Positions 1 to 10,700 of a DNA stretch of 60,065 nt are shown here, in pieces. The stretch comes from Klebsormidium nitens (taxonomy: Eukaryota > Plantae > Klebsormidiophyceae). Every line of letters starts with the position of its first letter. Position 1 is the stretch's first letter. The DNA lies in the NCBI GenBank assembly GCA_000708835.1, contig DF237490.1:1-60065 (forward strand), written 5' to 3'. A program made the translations under genes and the position numbers. The notes beneath the pieces were generated by a model, which searched no databases, was not told where the DNA came from, and saw nothing but the letters and a program-made list of their open reading frames with translations.

Positions 1-265
1 CACAATCGTACACAAAGCTTGAGCTGCAATCTGCCGCGGTATCATTGCACAAGTATCCAGACATTTGAAGATTTCAAAAAGCTTCAGATGTATGATGGAT
101 TGTCTTTGCGACGCGGCCGGACGCACTTTGACTCCGATGTTTGCTTGAATGTGCTAGTGCCTTACAATGGTCAGCAGACGCGGAAGGCGGAGATTAAATT
201 GCATGTTGCACAAGGCATCGTGTCAAAACACTTGTGCAAGGGCGTCCGGACCTCCGAAAAAAAAA

Positions 266-747
266 CCGGCCACCAGGGGGGTGCGAGCAGAAAAAGACAC
301 AAAAAACACCGGCCACCAGGGGTACCCAAGCCCCGGCGCAGAATAAGTTGAGATTAGTTAGATATACGAGGATGGGGCCTGCAATCAATCACTCCAGGTT
401 TAGAATACAAACCAGTGTACTTGCAATTAGGGCTCGTGTGCGACTCAGAGCCGTATAAGGCAATTTCCGTTTACATATGCGGCTGGACCCTTCAATGTTA
501 GGCAAACCCCGTTTGACCATCTCGTTTCGGACCGGTCGGTTGGTGTGGCCTGTCCCATACGGCTTCTCGCAGGGGGCCGGCCACCAGTTTTGGAACATGT
601 ATACGAGGTTGAGCAGTTCAAGGTTATCTATAGGCAGACTTTCCGACCATTATGTGGGTTTTGAATGCTGTCGAAAGTGCTCAACCCGGGCACCGGCCAC
701 CAGCCCCCTCCACTCTTCGCTAGGGAGCTCCGAGAACCGGCCACCAG
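266..747 (+). repeat. Five dispersed direct copies of the 11-mer CCGGCCACCAG
   Basis: Exact copies at 266-276, 309-319, 577-587, 693-703 and 737-747, all in the same orientation in non-coding DNA. Confidence 0.9.
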
Positions 748-988
748 CCCCATCAAGGAAATTCAGAAGACCGGAGGTCCGGACGCCACTGCACAGGTGT
801 TTTGACACGTTGCCCAAACATTAGAATGAAACCGACTCGGCACTTGATCTGGTTGGCTTAATTTAATGCACTTCAGAACCCTGTGACTTGCCAATCCTTA
901 TTCCAGCTTCCATGGCAAAGCCAATGACAGTGTGATTGAGCATTTCCAAGGTTGATAAACACATCGATTCAACTTGATTGAGCATATG

Positions 989-1720
989 TCAGTTTACTTG
1001 CGATGCTACATTACACACGGCCGTAGTATCGTGGCAAGCGGCGCCCACGCAGCTTGATGTAATAGCGTTGAATCGAAGCGATAGGGCCGACGTATATCTT
1101 TCATGCAAGGAGCTAGTCAAAGATTTCTTTATAAGGAGAATGTTTGAACTATATTCGTTCCATGTATAGTTTGACGTCTGGGCTTGCATGTGCGAATATG
1201 CCTGAGTCGAATTGTTGTCATTGATATCCTCGATTCAAGGCGTACAAATTGTATTAGTAGCGATGCATGCTTTATATGCCGGGAAAATCGGACCATGCCG
1301 CATATAACATGCCACATACGTTGTGGAATGTCTACGTACCGTACAGCTAGCGCAGAGCGCCACATAGAACCTTTGTACAAACTACTATAGGTGCACGACT
1401 TAGATTATCATGCATGGCACACATCTGAATATCACCAATTAAGCTGTCTACAGAGTATGGTTTTTGAAGTTAAAGGCTTGAACTCGATGTGGTCCAGTGA
1501 TCGCATCCGGGCCCTGCACTTCTAAACAACGAAGGCTTTGAAAGTCAGATGATGTCAAGATGATGAATGCCATGCACCACAATGATGTAGCGACCACGCG
1601 GCGAAAGAATGGATGTTCAATAATCGTCATTGCCCTGCGTGTCCGCACAAATGAAGCTTTCCGGGCCAAAACCAAGTAACTTTGCAACATTGACGTGATC
1701 CTTGTGAGTTGTGGTGACAC
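989..1720 (-). mobile_element. Possible decayed hAT-like DNA transposase fragment
   Basis: The minus-strand ORF 1448-1720 contains RRAMTIIEHPFFRRVVATSL, resembling the hAT LPFxIVEHxxFR segment. Downstream fragments (GSMWRS, IQFVRLES) only weakly resemble later motifs. Broken by stops. Confidence 0.25.
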
Positions 1721-1763
1721 GGACGGAAATCTCTACATCACATGGGGGCCCTTTCCAATCCGG

Positions 1764-4700
1764 TTAACCGTCTTGCTCTACTTTAGCTTCTTGGTCCTTG
1801 CGCCATCCTATTGGACTGTAAGTTCCGTCTGTAAAGCCAAAAACATATGAGACATTCGAAACTTTAGCATCAGCGATGTAGAAGCGAAGTTGCTCGTGCT
1901 CGTTGACGAGGGCCACGACCACGTTTATGCCCTTGGCTTGGGCGAGCGCATAAACAAAGTCGAGCTCCAAGCCGGACCCTTCCTTCGCATGGCCTGCAAA
2001 AGGAACCCACGTCAACAAATGGGCGGGGCCGCTGCTAGCGAAAAGGGAGGAGAGTAACTAGCAAACGTAAGACTGTCCGATCCAACAGTGACCAGTACTG
2101 AGGACTTTGACTAACATGCAGTGACCTCCTTGAGCACGGACTGGGCTGTGGAAGATCGGCAAGGTTTCTCAAACCCCTCCTCTCTCGTACTTGTCCTTAA
2201 CATCAGGCTACGTATGCCCTAGTCTGTTAGCCGCTGGCTGCAAGCTACTAGACTTGCCGCAGATCCATTAGCATTGCACGGAGTTCAAAAGCTCGCGGAA
2301 ATGATGGTCTGGGAAGAATATCAAGCACTTACCTATTCGTCCTCTGAACCACGCGCGGACAACCCCCCTGACACCGACATTGCAAGTAAAAGGGACTTGG
2401 CGGACGGGGTATAGTTCTGTTGAGCAGCGTAACACACCACAAACAAACCGTTGTGATCAGGTGACTGACGTGAACCTTCGGCGCCCACCTTCCGCCCACT
2501 TCTTGGCCGCCTGCGCCGACGCGACGTCCGGCAGACTTAGCGCCTTGTAGTTCTGCTTCACGAACTGGCCGACTTGCTGACGCAGCGTGGCCGCCGAAAC
2601 CGCCCCCGATGACGTCAGCACCGACGACACGGCTGCTGCTAGGCCATTCCCCTCGACCGGAGTGTCCAGCGGCCGCAGCTGCCGCGGGCCCGGGAGTTTG
2701 GCGTCGAGAGCGGTGGTCCCCTCCGGTTTCACGAACGCTTTGGGCACCGGCGGCTGCCGCCACACCTTCTCGATGCGGGTTACGTCCAGGTCCTCGATCG
2801 GCTGCTCGTCAAGGAGCCCTAGAGTGGGAAGAAAGACGCCGTGAGGAAAGTAGGAACAAGCACTGCTTGGAGAAGGCTAGGGAGGTCGTGCTGTGGGAAT
2901 AGGGTCAAAAGGCGGAGACACGATGTCCTCAATCCTTGAAACTGTTCTCGGCCCTTTTCAGTCAATTGCAACCTGGCCTTTGCAATTGTATCTGGCAGCA
3001 TAGCACTTGCTCGATTTAAAGGACGCCCCATCAGCACACAATCAAGGACGGGAGTAAGCAAAACCAGCGAAGCGCATTTAATCGTGCTGCGACACGGTGG
3101 CACCCAAATGGCCATTTCGTTTTTCATTCTTCGTCTTTGCGGAGCTTCTGATACAAGCCGGACTCACCGCTTGAGAAAGAACAGCTGCTCATTACGTGCT
3201 AACACACTGCTCAGCAATCGTCGGACACACGCCGATGTTGATCAGCCAGGAGCTTCAAGGTGTCAATATCGGTGTCCGAATATCGGCGACTCACCATCCG
3301 CCGTGCGGGTGCGCAGGAACGTCTTGTTCCGCCAGCAGAACACGGGCGACGCCAGGCTCCGCCGCCCCTGAGCCTCCAGCTTCTTGAAGCACAACCGCGC
3401 AAATGTCAGCAGCCGCTTGTTGAAGTGGCCCTCCTCGCGGTAGCCCGCCACGTGCAGGGGCGACAGGACACGCGTCGCGTGCATGTCGACGAGCAGGAAG
3501 AAGGACGGGACGGCGGTCTTGGCCTGGAAGACGGTGTCCGGGTACACGTCACGGATGTACACGTGGAGCTGGTCACGTGGCATGTGGATGCTGACGCCCA
3601 GAGTCGGGTGCAGCTTCTGCGCGCACGTGAGGAGCCACCGGCGCGTGCGGCGGGCCTTGCACTTGGCCAGCAGCTGGAGGAAGTCGGATCTGAAAAGCAA
3701 GGAGTGAGCTTGTTACCTTGATCAATCACTTTGCGAGGGCCTGTGATCAGCAAAAAGCAGGCAGAGCATGTCCGCGCAAAGAGAACCTTGAAAACCCTAC
3801 GGCTCTTAAGTTTGCGACGATTTTGAGAGCATAAGCTCGACTTCGGAAAATATTTGGAAGCGTGAAAAGCTGGCGCGAATCATCCTCATGCTTACGGGCA
3901 TGACTGACTACCGATCTTCCAAGTATTGTAGAACGCAGTCGCGGCCCGAAAGCTCGTTTGCCAAAGTGTATCTACGAGTTCATCTGCCATTAGCTAAGCC
4001 AATCATGGACAAAGCGGCCGTATCGACCGATCATGCAACGGAATAGGCAGAAACTTACACGGGGAAGTCCTGCAGCTTGCGGTCGGGGCTAAACGTCGTC
4101 TCAAAGAGCCGAGTAAGCTCCCGCTGCTCATCCCGGGTCAGCTGTTTGCCCGGGGGAACGTCCCGGTCGAGCAGGTCGTCCAGCAGGAGGTCGGAGAAAT
4201 GGAGGAGCGCCTCCCGGGAAGACAGGTCCTTGAGCAACGCGCGCTGCGACCGCTGCCGCTCCTGGAGCAGAGTCTGCAAGTAAAGTCGGACGCGCACAGA
4301 ATGAGAATCGCTTTTTTTATGTGTTGGCGGAACATACTAGACGAAGCGGCTGCGATACTTTAGCGTGGTCACAGAATTGGTTGCGCACTTGGGCATGACG
4401 TCCTTGAGCGGCGGGCGCTGCGACCGCTACCGTCCCTGGAGGAGAGTTTGCGGGGGGGAAAGCGAGAAAGAGGTGTGAGCATTTCGCACGTTTTCAAAAA
4501 ATGCTGACAAAGTCTTCCAGACGGTGCCTTCTGATGGACCTGCTGGACGGAGGGGTTCAACCGGAACGCTGAAGCAAGACAACCCGAGACGAAGCTTCGA
4601 GCGCCGACTTCGCTCGAAACAGACGGAATCAGGGCGAAGAGAAGCCAGAAAGAAGACTGTGTATGACCTGCGGACGGTCGTTACTGGCCCCGTATCACGC

Positions 4701-6909
4701 CGTGCACCTTATGACACGTGTGCAGGGTTTCCTTGAACGCTGCAACCGGAAGAGGAATTAGACAAGTAATACCGGGGCCCGGTCCAGTTCTGACAATCCA
4801 AAGCTGACAAAGTCGGCATTCACTCGGATATACAATGTCGCCGCACCGACGCAGTTGAAAACGCATTCAAAAACGGAGTCAAAAGCGCATCAACGCACCT
4901 GCGCACCGACGCAGTTAAAAACGCAGTCAAAACCTCTCGCAAGATTCGAATCGAGCCCCACCTGCTGTAGGAAGGTGGCTGCCCGCTGGAGTGTGCTGCT
5001 CTTGCTAGCCAGCGATCGGCCCGACATTTCCGCCACGCCATCGATGTTGTTTTGCACCACCAGGTAGCTCCCGAAGCCGTGATCTCGGTCCAGTGTGAAC
5101 AGGCGCCAGTACACGATCTGGGCAGCCGCAAAGTAGGCCGCGACACCGCTGTCGTCGGGGATGGTGATCAGGTACGTGTCAGCGACACGGTACAGCAGAC
5201 GTCGATGGAGGGGTGCCTGAAAGACCGGAAACACAGAAAAACTTCAGTTGTGATGTACGTGCGCATATCCACATCCCAGGTCGGACTCTGTTTTTAGATA
5301 GAGCTGGCTCTTATGTTGCCAGAAAACCCAGGTTCGACGAGGTATACGGGGCTTCAGCAGAATCTCCGTCGAACTTGACTTTCTCGGACAGTGATTACAT
5401 TGTTGTGTGGCAACTGGCCAACGCGCAGGAAATTGACGGCCGGTAAGAAAACGTAAGTCGACCAGAGAAGGTGCCTCAGCGCAGATTCCGTTGCCTCCAC
5501 CGACACAACTTCCCAACTTCGATCAGCTCAGCCCGGCAGGTTGTTCAGAAGTCGTGGAGAGAGAACGTGGACCAACTCTGGATATTGAGGTCCTTGAATT
5601 GTTTAGAACCCATTTCGACTACAGCTACAACCCTGACCAGGGGAACCCCTTCGGTACCTCACTTTTCTCAGCTGCTGGCGGTGCCATGAAGAAACGGTAC
5701 GAAATATGAGACTACCAAGACCCATCATTCGCCAGGGCACCAAAGGGTACAATAGCAGAATCCCAAAGTTGCAAATTGAGTCCCCTTTCTCCGTCAATGC
5801 AATCTGGCAGCTTCCCAGCCAGGATCTCATACTTTGGCCAGACCTTCCATCCCCTGAGAGAGTGCCGACACCGAAAGCGGATAGAGTACTCAAAAGTCTA
5901 ATAACGAAACAGCTAAAGCAGGAAAGCCCCCCTCACCTCGTTTTCTTTGCAGACGACGAACGAGATGCTCGTGCACTGCTGGACGTCCGAATGGAAGTCG
6001 AACCGGACACTTGTCTCCTTCTGGTTGTGCTCCAGCTGCAACGCACAGAACGGATGAAAACTCGTCAAGACTGATAAGGGAGATCAGAGCAACAATGACT
6101 GATGCAAGACCTCGATTTCTGATGCCTTACAAACAATTTGCTGACGTCAGCGCAACGTCGTGCAATTAGACCAATTTAGTCTCGGAAGGCGACAACATAG
6201 AAGAAGCTCCACCTTTGCAGAACCCGGAGGCGACTCCGTACTGAGTTTCAGCTGAACAAGCCGTTCCAAAGTTCGAAGTTGACATACAATCACAAAAGCT
6301 GTTTTCTCTCGGCGCTAACTCACGTGCGACAGGTGGAAGACGACCCGCGCGGCTGTCCTCGCTTCCCCCACCAGAGTCCGTTTCACCGCCTCCCTCGTTA
6401 CATTCCCGTACTCCTCCGCTTTTCGAATCAGCTCGTCCCCAACCCGCAGCTTTCCAATTACTCTATAACGCGCCGAATCCACCCCCGAGGTGGATGGCGC
6501 CGAGTCGGAGGGGTCGGTCTGCGCGCCACGTGGCTCGGGGCGCAGATCGGTGAGCGAGATCTCGTGGCCGGGGATGGTGGTCTGTTCGATGCCGTCGAAG
6601 TCGACCTCGGGCAACAACCTGGTCAAAAGAACCGAGCATGGCTCAGTCGGAGTGCACGGAAAGAAACGAATCCACTGGGCGACAGCCGGAACGGATAGAC
6701 GCGCTTCGAAGAAACGTAAGATCCCTCCGATGATTGGTCTTTCCAGAGCGAGCAGTGAAAGTCTGCTGGTAGGTGGGGATTGAGGGCGTCGCTATTTTGT
6801 GGAGCTGAAGAAGCCATCCGCAAAGCTCCTCGTTGCGGGCTCGTTGCACCGTGAAGCGGGGGGCATCCGGTTGCGGTAGGTCTTGATGACCAAGAGGAGC
6901 TATATTTGA
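1764..6909 (-). CDS. Multi-exon hypothetical protein (at least 670 aa) with a C-terminal OTU-like domain lacking catalytic residues; 5' end not resolved
   Basis: Phase-consistent exons with GT/AG sites: 6909-6716 (least certain), 6618-6324, 6035-5937, 5216-4962, 4273-4059, 3689-3295, 2818-2489, 1993-1764 (stop). The C-terminus LRPLDTPVEGNGLAAAVSSVL..LRQQVGQFVKQN..ELDFVYALAQAKGINVVV..SYVFGFTDGTYSPI follows OTU motif order. Confidence 0.75.
4400..4451 (-). repeat. Decayed intronic copy of the adjacent exon 5' end (4226-4277)
   Basis: 44/52 nt identical by manual alignment. The acceptor CAG has become CAA and a CAG codon has become TAG in the copy. Confidence 0.85.
4842..4932. repeat. Intronic direct repeat, 31 bp x2
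   Basis: CGCACCGACGCAGTT(G/A)AAAACGCA(T/G)TCAAAA at 4842-4872 and 4902-4932. Confidence 0.9.
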
Positions 6910-7739
6910 CTACGTGTGCAGGGATAAAGTTGACAAGGCTATGCTTGCACCGCTAGCTTGCTTTCAAGAGCCACCTCTTTCAGTCGGCCGGTAGCAACTG
7001 GGCTGTGTAGCCTTGCTCTTTCTTATCTACACTCTTGCTGAGCAGTCCTGAGCAGTGATGTTGAAGGAACGGCATGTCCCGTCTAGAATCAGACCCTCGA
7101 GCAAATCAGACTCTCGACATGACAGCCGGTGCAGCTGTTTGACAAGCGGCGCAGGCCGGGTCTTTAATGGCATTATGGCTGCGCCAATAGCGCAAGGAGG
7201 GTAATCAAAAAAGCTGGCTGTCCCGACTTAATGGTATTCAGCGGTAATCTGAAAAGGTGATCCGGAGAGGTGATACAGGAACGTCGAGGGGCCAGCATAG
7301 AGTTATGGGACTCACTTAAAGTCCGGCCTCTTGGAGGGACGCACTTGCACGATGGGCTTCGGTAGCTGCTGCTGCTCGTAAGCCACGCTGTGCGTTATAC
7401 TGCACACAGACAGCGGCAGCGGCGTCAAAACCTAGTCAAATGCGTAAAAAGAGCTTGGCGTCAAAGCTTCCCTGTATTATCGCCTCGGCCGAGAATTTCC
7501 GCAGTGAGCAGGCGTTTGCCCTCAGCGGCCGCTTTCGAAGAGAAAGAAACCATTTACGGGTCAAATGCACACCAGATCCCGAGGAAGGCGGAAATCGCGT
7601 CAATTGTTGCGGCGAATCCCACACCTTGGATCGATCCCGCACATGCCAAATGTAGAAGCCAGACCCAACCTGGAGGCCGGTCATCGCAACCCAACCAGAC
7701 GGACAAACAACTTAAATGCCCGAGCGTGCTTCTCGTCAC

Positions 7740-10700
7740 TCACTTTCGCGCCATGCGGATGTTGTGCCGCTGCACCTCCTCCGCCAGCTTGGTCACGTCC
7801 GCCCGGATCGCGGTTAGCTTAAACCGGTTCCGAAGCGGCAGCCGGTGGATCAACGGCTGGAGGCTCTCCTGGCTCGCGTCGTTGAGGCGCTGCGCGCATG
7901 ACGTCTCAGCCCACGTCAGCAGCCGTCGCACGAGGGGCGGCTGCACCTCCCGGCGCGTCCGGGAGTCGCGGCCGGCAAAGCGTACCAGGACGTCGGAGAT
8001 GAAGGACTGCCGGATGTGGTCGGCATCTGGTGACGGGCGGAAGGGAGACAAAATGCGAGGGCGGGTTACGAACTTCACGCACTTCAGGCTTTTCAGTTCT
8101 AAAACCAGAGGCCCAGGCTGAATCTGCTAAATCGACAACCTTTGAGGAATGGCATCTTTTTCACGAAGCCTACTTTGAGGCATTGGTACTCGTGGCGACA
8201 GGAGCCTCGGATACACGAACACTGAAGCAACGGTCTCCAGACTTCCAATCAATGCTGCTATTCGCAAGTACAAGTCAGCGATAGATTGTGTCGCAGAACG
8301 GTGGTACGGCGTTGAATTTGGCACAGACAGATTATCGCAAGACACAAGCTCCAACAGTTGGAAGAATAGAAGGACACGTGGCCCATATTGAAGCCGGATC
8401 AGAGCGTTACGCTGTAGTCTCAAACTCAAGCAGATCAAGAGTGAGAGCAACACCGGTAGCGTCGAACTCCTCGATAGTGGATAGAAGATCCTAGACATCA
8501 GGCTGCCATTTCCAAAGAGGCAACCTTACAAAGCAACGGGGAGGACCCGAGGACCATACCAGGCAAGACCAACGCACCTCCATTCTCCAGCGCAGATTGC
8601 ATCGCCGCGAAGCACGCCTTGGTGATGAACTGCGGGACGTTGTGGCACCAGTCCGTCGACTCGCTGGTGCTCGGCTCCTCTGCGCCCCACCGGATGGCCG
8701 TCTCGATAGCAGAAGACCCGTCCTTGATGCGCTGGCACTGGCTCTCGATGTACACGCGCGCCGCTCGCGTGAAGTACACCAGGGCCCCCTCTGCGTTGTC
8801 GGTCTCCTGGAATAAGATGAGAGGGGAATGAGGGCACGGCTTAAAGAAGCTTTGCGTTGGATACCAAAGATTGAACGCAAATGGAGCACAAGTCTGGGTG
8901 CAGGAGTGTGATTCGGATTAGGCCGCCAACCTTACAGTTTCTTCTGCTCAAGTTCGAACTTGCGTCAGACCGGTGGAAAGGCGTGTCTAACATAACGCTT
9001 GTTGCTAGACAAACTTTCAGCGGCACAATATCACCGTTTTCCTTGGATGTCACTCAGCCAACATCCAGTTCACCGCGAGTAGGCACAAAACAAGCACGCG
9101 GCTCACCTCCGTCCTGCCCGACTCCAGCCTGTAGACCTTTTCCAGAAGCACGCTCTGCTTCTGGATGCGGTCCTCACAACCCCGGTCCACCAGATCCGAG
9201 AAAAACTGCGCAGGAGAGAGGAGCGCGGATCAATGAAGGGTTTCTTGGGTAGTGGAACAACCAGAGAACAATAAAGCGGACATTTTTGCACAGACTGCGG
9301 TGAAATGTCCCGTGCAGCGTGAGTTTCAGAAGCAAGGAGCGGTTCTGAAACGCTGCGGGAAGCGAAGAACATTTCTTGCCCACTGCCTCGATCAGCCGCT
9401 ACCAAAATCAACCTAGATCTTGTCGGTACACACTGAGGCGGACGACCGGCCACCAATCCGCAGCAAACCCAGCTTAACCAGCTTCACAAACCGTGAAGGT
9501 GCTCGCTAAGCAGTCCTCGCTAACCTTATGGAGGCAGACGGCGATGTCACTCCCAAACTGAACCGCCCCCATAGTAGCCGCACGGAACGCATTCACGCGG
9601 GCCTCCCTGGTCTCTAGCGCCTCAGGGGGAATCCGCTCCAGCAGTTCGTCCGCGACCCGGCTGGCAGCCTCCTCCAGGTCATCCTCCACGCGCCTCTCAA
9701 GCTCGGGCAACGTCTTTTCGCTGGATGGACAAAGACAGTGGGCGTCAGAATTTTGTCGAGAAACATCGTCCTGTAGGATTTGCAGGATTTGCGGGATTTG
9801 CGGGAAGTCGGGATTACATTGCAAGTTCTTGTCGGACTTGGCAGCCTGGCCAAACAATATGCGTCGATGGAAGACTTTACGCCGCTTATCGAACGCCTCG
9901 GGGTCTATGACCAGCACCAGAATGATTGGGTGAGGCGGCCCAAAAGTGAAAAGGTCCTCAGTAAAGCTCCTCTTGGAGTCCACTTTCTAGGATTGGTCCG
10001 TCTGACTTTTCTTTCCAGCAGATTATCATCTTCTCGCCGACATGGGGTAGTAGATGTTACAGAAATGTTTCCGCTGCCCCAGGAAGCAACTTTCGTTCTC
10101 GACCGAGATACATTCGTGTTCGCTGCCAACGCAACTACTTAACGGGGGGAGACTCATTTTCTGCAAAGGCAGCCGTCTCAAAGTTGAAAAGATACAGTGA
10201 CATCACGGCAAAGTGCACACAAATTGCAACACTGTTCCACTCACCAGAAATGTGCGAGGAAGTCCCTCCTGTCCCGTCGCAGAATCTGGTTCAGCTTTTG
10301 CTCGATGACAGCGGACTGAGCTATGGCCGGGAGTTCCGGGGACTGCATAAAGAGACCCGTCATTCCGTCAGCATAAAGCCAAGAGCTCACCCGTCGCTCG
10401 ATCTCCAACTGTGATAAACCGCGGCTACCCAGGTACGTTCCAAGCTGACTCAAACATGACAATCGTACCTCCTTGACTTGAGCAATTTGTTGAGTACAGG
10501 AATGCTGCCTAACAGCTTATAGATGGTCACTGTTTGCCAAAGGCGTAGAGCCCCCTCTTCCGCATTCTCTAAGCGCAACAGAAAACCTCGCAGATCTTAC
10601 TGAACTGGAAAGCGAGATTTGAGCCAAGTTGATTCCTCAGCAACAAACAAGAGACGGCCAAATTTGGGGCCGTTTCGGAAGCGCATCTGCGGAACTTCTT

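Noticed and set aside
3260-3721. Long antisense ORFs over exons (also 12269-12952, 22594-23205, 42943-43380, 57145-57558)
   Set aside because: These are shadows of GC3-rich coding exons on the opposite strand.
4524-4742. Two small exon-like pieces starting cag|CGTTC
   Set aside because: They need a phase not offered by the flanking exons, which already join in frame.
5298-6074. Apparent nested plus-strand gene inside the OTU-like gene (ORFs 5213-5446, 5491-5709, 5706-6074)
   Set aside because: The phases of the candidate exons do not join. 5937-6035 is better explained as a minus-strand exon with strong acceptor and donor sites (LEHNQKETSVRFDF..).
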